Source: an uncultured Ardenticatenaceae bacterium
Lineage (GTDB): Bacteria; Chloroflexota; Anaerolineae; Promineifilales; Promineifilaceae
Length of the DNA: 64,000 nucleotides
Reading direction: 5' to 3'
Assembly: GCA_964602995.1 (NCBI GenBank)
Contig: CAZRTM010000003.1
Location: forward strand, 17,142-81,141
A model generated the notes under the pieces. It searched no databases. It saw only the letters and a list, made by a program, of their open reading frames with translations, and was not told the DNA's origin. Made by a program: the position numbers and the translations under genes. Below are positions 47,689-56,142 of the stretch, piece after piece; positions within the stretch are counted from its first letter, which is position 1, and the number at the start of each line of letters is the position of its first letter.

Positions 47689-47940
47689 CACTTTTACAAG
47701 ACGTTGTAAGTTCTGCCACGGAACACGCTACCGCTCAGATCTACATGTCCGGGCGGTTTTTTTATTTTTACTTGCAACGTGCTTGTGCTTAAAAGAAGAA
47801 GCTCGACGAACAAGCTGGCGTAGAGGCGCATGAGCAAGCCTTGTAGAGCGATTTGGCAAATCGCCTTGCATGACAGTGCTGAGATGGCAGGTTGTTTGTA
47901 AATCTCGGAAAAAGAAGTCTTCAGCAAGGAGTAAAACGAA

Positions 47941-48428
47941 TGACGAGTGATAAGGCGCAAATGACAGTTCAGGATGATATGGTAGTCAGCCTTGACTATA
48001 CTTTGAGACTTGACGACGGTGAAGTAATTGACTCTTCGGATGGTCGCGAACCGCTGGAGTACCTGCAGGGTCACGGGCAGATCATTCCTGGTCTGGAAAA
48101 TGAGCTTTATGGTATGGCCGTGGGGGAAGAGAAGAGTGTGACCGTGTCGCCTGGAGATGGCTATGGCGATTATGACGATAGCCGTCTGCAGCAAGTTCCG
48201 CTTGATGCTTTCCCTGAAGGAATGGAGCTGGAAGAAGGAATGAGCGTCCGCATGCGCGATTCCAACAGTGGGCAGCTATTCGATGCCTATATTGATGAAA
48301 TTGGAGATGACGCCGTTACCCTGGACTTCAACCACCCGCTGGCCGGTGAGACACTCTACTTCGAGGTGAAGATCGCCAATCTGCGCCAGGCGTCACCCGA
48401 AGAGCTGAGCCACGGGCACGCACACTAA
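47941..48428 (+). CDS. slyD: FKBP-type peptidyl-prolyl isomerase (SlyD-like)
   Basis: VSLDYTLRLDDGEVIDSS, LEYLQGHGQIIPGLE and FNHPLAGETL. SD AAGGAG precedes ATG 47941. Confidence 0.88.
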
Positions 48429-48482
48429 GCTTAAAGCGGCGTTGCAGAGGGTCGAAATGCCCTCATCTGACAGGCAAAAGTT

Positions 48483-48532
48483 GGTCTGATTAGGCCTGGT
48501 TACGTCTGGTTAGACCTGATCACGCCTGATCA
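48483..48532. repeat. Five in-phase tandem 10-bp degenerate repeats
   Basis: GGTCTGATTA GGCCTGGTTA CGTCTGGTTA GACCTGATCA CGCCTGATCA. The last unit contains the stop codon of the downstream convergent gene. Confidence 0.7.
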
Positions 48533-50245
48533 TTCGTCGAGAAGAATAACCGGTTCCTGGTAGTAACGAAGACGGCTACGCGCCAGCTTTTCGGCCAGGA
48601 ACTGGTTAAACCATACGCGTTTGGCTGCCAGCGGTTCATCCGCCTTTAGCCGTTCCAGATCGGCATTGAGGCGCAGGATGCGCCCGGGAATTACGAAGCG
48701 CGTAAGCCCTGCCGGCAACAGTTTGCTCTGACTGGCCTGTTCGAAGACAACCTCAGGCTCGAATTGCGGAAAGACTGCCAGTGCTTTCAGGTCGGGAAAT
48801 TGTCCCTGTAAACGGGAAAGCTCAGTAAGCAACGTTCTCTCTACCGTTCCCCATTTTGTATAACAACTGACAAGCTGATTCATCAGCCGCAAGCGTTTGT
48901 GCCTATCTTCCACTTCAATGAGCGTGGCATTGCCGTCACAATCTAAGAGGTAACAGAGAGCGCCGCTTTCGCGGAACACAGATTGCACATCTTCGGCGGG
49001 AAGGGCGGTGAACCTCAACCCTTCTATCGTTTGTAGATGGGCAAACAGCTCTTCGACCGGCTTATCACTGGAAATCACGTGGTACCAGGTGTGCAGGTCA
49101 AAGTCGTCGCGGTGGGGATCGACGACCTGGACGATGATGTGTGGGTAGCCCAGGCGCTTGAGGGCTGTAAAGCGAGTAGCGCCATCGAGGATGATGTACT
49201 TGTCGTCCCAGCGCGTGACGATAGGTGGATTGATCAGTTTGGCTTCATTTTGCAGCCGTTCCATCAGCCGCGTAACTCGCTTCTCGTCAATCTCCTCGTG
49301 CGGCATCACCTGTTCTATGGGCACCAGCTCCAGCGAGAGCGTTTCGCTGGGCCGTTTCACCCGCAACCACCTGAGCACCTGCTGCGCTATGGAAATGGAT
49401 GCCTCGCGACGGTGGTCGCCGATAATGACCGTCGCGTGGGGAGCCACAATTACGCGCTTGTGCTGGCGAACGAGGTCAGATTCCTCGCTACGTAGACGTT
49501 CGATCTGGTTCGGATATTCAGGAACGGCGGCGCCCGCCAACCATCCCTCATTCAGCGCCTGTAGGAGGGCTGAGTCATCGACCAGGTCGGTATGGCCGGT
49601 GTTGATCAGGTAAGCTGACGGCTTCATCTCCCGCAGCTCGGCCTCTCCGATCAACGTTTCTGTTTCTGCTTTAAACGGTACGTGAAGGCTGACGAAATCA
49701 GCGCGTCGCAACAACTCTACGAAATCGGTTGCGGTGACGCCAGCGTCCAGAGCCAGTTCGGGCGTGAGGCGTGGCTGGTTGACAATGACGTTCATATCAA
49801 AGGCCAGCGCCCGGCGCGCGACCTGGCGGCCAATGAGACCAAAGCCGATGATGCCCAGCGTCTGGCCCGAAAGGCGTCGCGCCCCAGCCCCTTGCATTGT
49901 CAGGCGCAACATGAGGGTCAGAGTGTGTTCGGCAATGGCTACGGCGTTACTGCCCGGGCTGTTACGGACCTCAATGCCCATAGCGCGCGCGGTTGTGACG
50001 TCTATGTTGTCGAGGCGCGGGCCGGCGCACCCAATAACGCGCAGGTTTAAGCCTTCCTCGATAATATCGTGTGTAATTCGACGCCGTGGTCCAACGACAA
50101 GGCCGTGATAGCCGCCAATTCGTTCCTGTATCTCACGTGTCGTGAGTTCTGGTAGCAGGTCAACGTCAGCTTTTTGCCGGAGGATCTCTATACCGTCTGG
50201 ATGTATCGAATCGCAGATAAGGACACGAGGACGATCTGTCATCAC
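48530..50245 (-). CDS. Fusion protein: D-2-hydroxyacid (phosphoglycerate) dehydrogenase-like domain plus ParB/Srx-fold domain
   Basis: The N-terminal roughly 300 aa has the NAD fold GIIGFGLIGRQVA and an APH histidine motif. The C-terminal roughly 270 aa has ParB/Srx-type motifs (PHEEID..., ILDGATRFTAL). Confidence 0.75.
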   Translation of the reverse strand: MMTDRPRVLICDSIHPDGIEILRQKADVDLLPELTTREIQERIGGYHGLVVGPRRRITHDIIEEGLNLRVIGCAGPRLDNIDVTTARAMGIEVRNSPGSNAVAIAEHTLTLMLRLTMQGAGARRLSGQTLGIIGFGLIGRQVARRALAFDMNVIVNQPRLTPELALDAGVTATDFVELLRRADFVSLHVPFKAETETLIGEAELREMKPSAYLINTGHTDLVDDSALLQALNEGWLAGAAVPEYPNQIERLRSEESDLVRQHKRVIVAPHATVIIGDHRREASISIAQQVLRWLRVKRPSETLSLELVPIEQVMPHEEIDEKRVTRLMERLQNEAKLINPPIVTRWDDKYIILDGATRFTALKRLGYPHIIVQVVDPHRDDFDLHTWYHVISSDKPVEELFAHLQTIEGLRFTALPAEDVQSVFRESGALCYLLDCDGNATLIEVEDRHKRLRLMNQLVSCYTKWGTVERTLLTELSRLQGQFPDLKALAVFPQFEPEVVFEQASQSKLLPAGLTRFVIPGRILRLNADLERLKADEPLAAKRVWFNQFLAEKLARSRLRYYQEPVILLDE

Positions 50246-50307
50246 GTATTCTCAAAAACAAAATTTTCTACCAGGGGGCAAGGCTGCGATGCTAATCAGC
50301 TGCGATG

Positions 50308-51279
50308 TTAATCAATCTGGGGCAATTGTATCTTCAGGAGATCTACATTGCCGCCGCTGAGGAGGACGCCAACCCGTTTGCCGCTGACCGGATAGCGGCC
50401 CAGAAGAGCGGGAGCGAGCGCCACAGCGGCACTCGGTTCTACCACAATCTTCATACGCTGCCATATAAATTGCAGTGTCTCTGCAATATCGCGCTCACTG
50501 ACCGTGATCATATCATGAACGTACTTCTGCATCACGGCGAGATTGCGCCGGCCAATGAAGCGGGTCCGCAGCCCATCGGCGATGGTGTCGGGGACGGCGT
50601 CTAGCTCCACAATGCGACTCAAACGCCAGGAGCGGCTGGCGTCGTCGGCCGTTTCAGGCTCCACGCCGATGACATGGCAACCGGGCGCGCGCAGGGCGGC
50701 AGCAAGGGCGCTGCCGCTGATCAAGCCCCCGCCGCCAACAGGGACAAAAAGGAGGTCAAGCTCTCCGGCTTCGTCAATCAGCTCAAGCGCTGCTGTTCCC
50801 TGCCCGGCGATAATGTGGTCGTTGTCGTAGGGGTGAATAAGTGTGTAGCCATGTTCGGCGACTAGCTGTGCGGCCACTGCCTCACGTTCGGCCGCTGCGC
50901 AGGAGATGATTTCGGCGCCGTAGCCTGCGGTGGCATCGCGCTTAATCTGCGGGGCATCGGCGGGCATGACGACCACCGCGCGGACATCGAGTAGCGCGGC
51001 TGCCAGAGCCACCCCCTGTGCGTGGTTGCCGCTGGAGTGGGTGATGACGCCGGCAGCTCGCTGGGGTGCGCTTAACCTGCTGATGGCGTTGTAGGCGCCG
51101 CGAAACTTGAACGCTCCAACCCGTTGGAAGTTTTCACATTTGAGGAATACGCGGGCGCCACTCTGCCTGTCGAGCGTGCGCGATGTCATGACCGGCGTGC
51201 GGTTGGCTACGCCTCGCAAGCGGTCAGCGGCCTGCAAGACGATTTCAGGACTAAGCGTAACAGTAGACATTTCAGACAT
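50308..51279 (-). CDS. PLP-dependent serine/threonine dehydratase (serine racemase-like, fold type II)
   Basis: PLP-lysine motif NFQRVGAFKFRGAYN, HSSGNHAQG and the glycine loop VGGGGLISG. Confidence 0.88.
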   Translation of the reverse strand: MSEMSTVTLSPEIVLQAADRLRGVANRTPVMTSRTLDRQSGARVFLKCENFQRVGAFKFRGAYNAISRLSAPQRAAGVITHSSGNHAQGVALAAALLDVRAVVVMPADAPQIKRDATAGYGAEIISCAAAEREAVAAQLVAEHGYTLIHPYDNDHIIAGQGTAALELIDEAGELDLLFVPVGGGGLISGSALAAALRAPGCHVIGVEPETADDASRSWRLSRIVELDAVPDTIADGLRTRFIGRRNLAVMQKYVHDMITVSERDIAETLQFIWQRMKIVVEPSAAVALAPALLGRYPVSGKRVGVLLSGGNVDLLKIQLPQID

Positions 51280-52165
51280 TTTCAGATATTTCGCCTTTGT
51301 GCCAGCCTGTCATATCTTTGACCATTTCCACCCGTCGGAAGGCGTCAAAGTAGCCTGCCTGTTGGAAGCCAGACCAGCGTGGATCACCATCAGGCACATT
51401 CTCGGCGATGGCGTCCTGAGTCGGGTAATATTCGTGTAGTGATTGGAGGATTGTCTTTGTGACTCGCGCCGGTTCCCCTTCCAGCACACAAACAACGATG
51501 CGCGACAGGCGCAGGAGGCTGGATTTATACGTCACCCAACCGCGTCCACCATCCTCCGTTTCGACCAACAAGGAGGACAGCTCGGGAACATTGCAGAGTG
51601 ACTCGGTCTGGTTTAGCCAGTTTGGCTGGTCATTGCGGTTGGCCAATAGTTTGAGCGTTGCCTCATAGCCCAGGGTGCGCACATCAGCTACTTGCGGACG
51701 TACACTATGCTCGCCGGGTTTGAAGGCGCGGAAGGTAGGGGGGCGACGGGCAACGATCAGCTCGCGAGTTTTCTGGAAACCCAGGTTCAGGAAAAGTTCG
51801 TGAGCAGGGCCATTGCCTTCAATCACTTCCAGCCAGACCACGGGCAGCTCTTTGCAAGCGGCGGCATCGAGCAGGAAATGCATGATGCGGCTGCCCACTC
51901 CCTGCCGGCGGCCCGAGGGTAGAACACCTAGCCGCGTAATCCAACCCCGCCCTTTGCGCACACCGAGCATGCCAATTCCCAGAATTTCCCCGTCGCGCAC
52001 GGCGGCACAGGAACAGGAGAGGTCTACATCATAGACGTGGATGTAGCTACGAAGCCGTTCCACAGTCATAGGCATGGGCACGATATAATCAATTCGGGTT
52101 TCGTTGTAGGCCTCAGCTAGCTCTTCCAGGCTAAATTCTGTGGCTCGAATCAGCTCCATGTTCAT
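51272..52165 (-). CDS. GNAT family acetyltransferase with C-terminal extension
   Basis: Acetyl-CoA loop RRQGVGSRIM. 8-nt overlap with the dehydratase start. Confidence 0.72.
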   Translation of the reverse strand: MNMELIRATEFSLEELAEAYNETRIDYIVPMPMTVERLRSYIHVYDVDLSCSCAAVRDGEILGIGMLGVRKGRGWITRLGVLPSGRRQGVGSRIMHFLLDAAACKELPVVWLEVIEGNGPAHELFLNLGFQKTRELIVARRPPTFRAFKPGEHSVRPQVADVRTLGYEATLKLLANRNDQPNWLNQTESLCNVPELSSLLVETEDGGRGWVTYKSSLLRLSRIVVCVLEGEPARVTKTILQSLHEYYPTQDAIAENVPDGDPRWSGFQQAGYFDAFRRVEMVKDMTGWHKGEISENV

Positions 52166-52211
52166 TGTTCATTGTTCGGATGCATGCGTGATGACTGAAC
52201 TGAGCGATTGG

Positions 52212-52583
52212 CTACAGCGCCGGTGTTAAGTACCGGGCGATCTGTTTCGGGAAATTGCGGACGCTGATTGGCTTAATGATAATGCCGTCGTAACCATACT
52301 TTTCACACATTTCACGTGCGATGTCTGCCGGCCAGGCGGTGATTGCCACCAGGGGAACATCCTCCAATTCAGGAACTTGTTGCAGCAAGGTGACAACGGT
52401 ATGACCATCGATGTCTGGAAGCCCGATATCAATAAGAACCAAGTCTGGCGCGGTTTCGACAGCTAACTGAATACCCGATTCCCCATCGGGAGCATGCACA
52501 ATCTCGTAACCGCTGGCCTGTAGGACGCGTTCTACGAGAATGACATTTTCAAGGCTGTCTTCGATGAGCAGGATTGTTTTCAT
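52212..52583 (-). CDS. Stand-alone response-regulator receiver protein
   Basis: LLIEDS, DLVLIDIGLPDIDG (phospho-Asp) and a conserved T/K region. No output domain. Confidence 0.9.
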   Translation of the reverse strand: MKTILLIEDSLENVILVERVLQASGYEIVHAPDGESGIQLAVETAPDLVLIDIGLPDIDGHTVVTLLQQVPELEDVPLVAITAWPADIAREMCEKYGYDGIIIKPISVRNFPKQIARYLTPAL

Positions 52584-52704
52584 GGTAGTAGGCGCTCACT
52601 TTATGGTATCTGGAACATACCAGAAGGGCTGAGCGCAAGCAACCGGGAAAAGGTACCAACAAGCGATTGATCTATCTCTGACTGTTACGATATATTTAGG
52701 TGAA

Positions 52705-54783
52705 ATGATTGCCAGAGGAGAACATCACGCGCAGCGGGGAGAACAAACGGAAAAGCAAGTAATAACGAAGGCTGCATGGTTGCCGCTATTGGCTGCCACT
52801 GCCGCCGTTCTCCTGTTGTCACTGGGGCAGTGGGCTGTCAGCAAACCACGTTTGACTGGGTGGGGCGTGACCGCGTTCGTTTTGGGAACCGTGCTTTTCT
52901 TTGCTCCGCCACTACGAGCGGGCGCTGTTGCTTTGCCGCGGCGGCCTCAGGAGGATAAGGGTGGCCAGGACTCCCGGCAATGGCTCGTCACTTTACCAAA
53001 ATGGCGCAAAGTTTTTGGCGCCAGCGCTTTGGTGTTAGCTGCCGTAGCCTATATCCAATTTTCGGGAAACCAGTTGGATGGCGGATTTTGGTTCTGGATT
53101 GGAGGTATTTTCTACTTTCTGGCAAGCGTGATGGAACGGCCCCAATTGAACCGGCAGGCATTGGCGAAAACGCTCCGCTCGCGCCAGACCAGGCAGTTAC
53201 TTGTTGCAATACTGCTCGTTACGTTCATTGGTATCTTCTTCCGCACCTACCGTCTGGCAGCCGTGCCAGCAGAGATGACCAGCGATCACGCGGAGAAGCT
53301 GCTAGACGTGAATGACGTGCTCAACGGGCTGCGGCCGATTTTCTTCCCGCGCAATACGGGTCGTGAGGGGTTTCAGTTCTACCTGACGGCAGCGCTGATA
53401 TCTCTGACGCCGCTGACGATCAGCCATCTGGCCTTGAAGGCCGGAACGGCGCTCTTCGGCATCATCACGGTGCCGCTGACCTATTTGTTAGGCCGGGAGC
53501 TGTATGGGCGTCACGTTGGTTTGTTGGCGGCATTCTTTCTGGCCATTTCACACTGGCACGTAGCGATTACCCGTGTGGGGTTGCGCTTCCCGTTTACAGC
53601 AGCGTTTGCCACGCCGGCGCTCTTTTTCCTATTCCGGGCCATGCGCTCGAACCGGCGTAATGACTGGCTGGCGTCAGGCCTGTGTCTGGGATTAGGCCTG
53701 CACACCTATACGGCCATGCGCATTGTTCCTGTCCTCTTTTTGCTCCTGATCCTGGTGAAATGTGGCTTTGACCTTATGGCGCGCCGGCGGGGAGGCGGGT
53801 TACGAGATGGGGAAGCGACGGCTTTGACCTGGTCATTCTGGCAGAACGGATTGTCAGGAGCCACTGCCTCTCTGCTGGTGTTTCTACCGCTGCTGCGCTA
53901 TATGCAGGATGAGCCTGATTCGTTCTGGTATCGGGCCGCCAGCCGCGCCCAAGGCTCTCTCTCAGCAGGGGAGCAGTGGCGCACGTTGTGGAACAACACG
54001 ATAGACGCGCTGCTGATGTTCAACTACCGCGGCGACGTCGTGCCCGCGAACACCATTCCTGAAGCGCCTGTGTTAGGCCTGGTTTCGGGCGGCCTGTTCA
54101 TAGCCGGGTGCGCCTATCTGCTGTGGCGTTTACTGGCTCGTAGTGAGCGGCAGGCTGCCTACGTGCTGGTCTCGATATTTGTCTTGCTAACCCCTTCGAT
54201 TCTCAGTCTGGCATACCCGGCAGAGAACCCCAGCGTGGTGCGGACTGGCGGTGCGCCACCGTTTGTGATGATTGCTGTCGCTATGCCACTGGTGGTGGCC
54301 GGTAAGCGATTGTTAGAACTGCTCGGCCAGCAAATTCTGACGCCGCTCCTGGTGGGTGGGCTACTCCTGGGGCTGGTCGCTACTGCCGATAATTATCACT
54401 GGTACTTTGTGGACTATGATGCCCATATCCGGGCGTCGGCGTGGAATGCCAGCGAGATAGGGGCCGTCGTACGGCAATATGTGGACAACGGGGGAGCGTT
54501 TGAGGAGGTTTATCACATACCCTACCCGCACTGGGTAGATACGAGGAATATCGCCATAACGGCGGGCAACATTGGGTGGCAGAACGCGGTGCTCGACCTC
54601 TCTGAGCTGGAGGAGCACGTTACACAGCCAGGACGCAAACTATATATTGTGCATCCCTCGCACCGTGTGGCGTTGGAGCTGTTGCACTCACTCTATCCAG
54701 ATGGGGAATTGACCCGGCGCACATCGGAGCGGCCGGGGAAGGAGTTCATGCTTTTTTACGTCCCAGGGGCGCCAGAAGAGTAA
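52705..54783 (+). CDS. GT39/ArnT-like polytopic glycosyltransferase
   Basis: 692 aa with more than 10 TM segments in the N-terminal two-thirds, an early-loop acidic motif (DHAEKLLD) and a soluble C-terminal domain. Confidence 0.72.
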   Translation: MIARGEHHAQRGEQTEKQVITKAAWLPLLAATAAVLLLSLGQWAVSKPRLTGWGVTAFVLGTVLFFAPPLRAGAVALPRRPQEDKGGQDSRQWLVTLPKWRKVFGASALVLAAVAYIQFSGNQLDGGFWFWIGGIFYFLASVMERPQLNRQALAKTLRSRQTRQLLVAILLVTFIGIFFRTYRLAAVPAEMTSDHAEKLLDVNDVLNGLRPIFFPRNTGREGFQFYLTAALISLTPLTISHLALKAGTALFGIITVPLTYLLGRELYGRHVGLLAAFFLAISHWHVAITRVGLRFPFTAAFATPALFFLFRAMRSNRRNDWLASGLCLGLGLHTYTAMRIVPVLFLLLILVKCGFDLMARRRGGGLRDGEATALTWSFWQNGLSGATASLLVFLPLLRYMQDEPDSFWYRAASRAQGSLSAGEQWRTLWNNTIDALLMFNYRGDVVPANTIPEAPVLGLVSGGLFIAGCAYLLWRLLARSERQAAYVLVSIFVLLTPSILSLAYPAENPSVVRTGGAPPFVMIAVAMPLVVAGKRLLELLGQQILTPLLVGGLLLGLVATADNYHWYFVDYDAHIRASAWNASEIGAVVRQYVDNGGAFEEVYHIPYPHWVDTRNIAITAGNIGWQNAVLDLSELEEHVTQPGRKLYIVHPSHRVALELLHSLYPDGELTRRTSERPGKEFMLFYVPGAPEE

Positions 54784-54834
54784 TCTGGGTCTTGTCGTGG
54801 GAGCGGATGTGGGGAGTGGGGCTTGCCCCGTCGC

Positions 54835-55110
54835 TTATTCAGCAGGCGGCGGTACCGGTAGTTCGTCCTCCGGCACGTCTTTCCACTTTTCGCCTTCTTC
54901 GATCAGCATGACAGGAATGCCATCGCGAATGGGATATTTCAGCCCTGAGTCGTCGGACACCAGCCAGCTATTTTTAACCAGGCGCAGCCGGCCGGGATCA
55001 TCACCATATTCATCTGACTGGACTGCTTTGGGACAGCGCAGAATTTCAAGAAGCTCTGGGCTTACGGCAAGCCCTTCGTTTTCTGCAGCGTTCATATTCT
55101 CTTCAGTCAT
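54835..55110 (-). CDS. Trm112/YcaR family small protein
   Basis: LLEILRCP...YPIRDGIPVMLIEEG. Confidence 0.8.
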   Translation of the reverse strand: MTEENMNAAENEGLAVSPELLEILRCPKAVQSDEYGDDPGRLRLVKNSWLVSDDSGLKYPIRDGIPVMLIEEGEKWKDVPEDELPVPPPAE

Positions 55111-55215
55111 TTAACAGGCCTCCTTGCATACTGTTCCCTCACCAGGCGATGATAATACGCACAACCGCCGTGCGAGGCAAGTTGCATCACAAGCTGACTC
55201 GGCGCTGTGTCTGGC

Positions 55216-55932
55216 TTACTCAATCGGCTCAATCAGAATGGAGCCTGCGACCTTATGGCCGATAACGATTTCTTCGTTGTCGAGGCGGAGTGTCAGGGGA
55301 CCATCGAACGGTTCCATATTCAGGACTTCAAAATCAGTCCCGGGTTTCAGGCCCAGCGCGGCCAGGTAGCGGAGCATTTCACTGTTGGTGTCATCGACGA
55401 CGCGCACCACGCGGCCACGTTGCCCTTCGGTGAGGGTTGATAGGGCCTGAACTTCCAATATTTCCACCGTCCCGTCCCGTGCTGGAATGGGGTCGCCATG
55501 AGGATCGATGGTCGGGTGATTGAGGGCCGCTGCGATGCGTTCCTCTAATTTTTCGCTGATAACGTGTTCCAGGATATCGGCCTGTTCGTGAACCTCATCC
55601 CAACTGAATCCCAGCGCCTCCATCAGGTAGAGTTCGATAAGCCGGTGGTGGCGCAAGACCTCAAGCGCAATCCGGCGTCCGCTTTCAGTTAATGTGACGC
55701 CGCTATGTTTCTCATAGCTGACCAGGTTCAGATTGGCCAAGCGCTGCATCATGTTGGTTACGGAAGCAGGTTTGACATCGCGGGCTTCGGCAATTCGGGA
55801 CGTGCTGACTGGACCTTCTTCCTCTTCAGCCAGCGCGTAGATCGTCTTCAGATAATCCTCAATGGCCTGGTGGGTCAGGCTGTTGCGCTGTGTGGAGGAG
55901 CCATCCGGCAGATTGTCGATTCGTGGCGACAT
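55216..55932 (-). CDS. DtxR/MntR family metal-dependent repressor with FeoA/SH3-like C-terminal domain
   Basis: EDYLKTIY, the HTH VSTSRIAEARDVKPASVTNMMQRL and HRLIELYL. Confidence 0.9.
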   Translation of the reverse strand: MSPRIDNLPDGSSTQRNSLTHQAIEDYLKTIYALAEEEEGPVSTSRIAEARDVKPASVTNMMQRLANLNLVSYEKHSGVTLTESGRRIALEVLRHHRLIELYLMEALGFSWDEVHEQADILEHVISEKLEERIAAALNHPTIDPHGDPIPARDGTVEILEVQALSTLTEGQRGRVVRVVDDTNSEMLRYLAALGLKPGTDFEVLNMEPFDGPLTLRLDNEEIVIGHKVAGSILIEPIE

Positions 55933-56142
55933 ATCATTCCTTCAATCACTGGCGACACCCGGTGGCGGCGAGCGCTCGCGTGTCGTTAACTCATTTCTAC
56001 CTTCATTATACCTGAAAGCGGCGCGTTTCGAGGCATGCCCTGGCGCCCTTCTTATTCTTTGCGTATGCTGGCTGCTTTGCGTGTTAGAGAGCTTTTGTAC
56101 AAAATGGTGTCGATCTAAACAAAAGGAGGACGTTGCCAACCT

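Noticed and set aside
47280-47700. Known housekeeping RNAs (RNase P RNA, tmRNA, SRP RNA, 6S RNA) in the 800-bp gene-free island.
   Set aside because: I saw no GGAAAGUCCGG-type P4 motif in proper context, no tRNA-like 3' end with a tag ORF, no SRP domain IV motif, and no end-to-end pairing typical of 6S RNA. This cannot be excluded without covariance-model searches.
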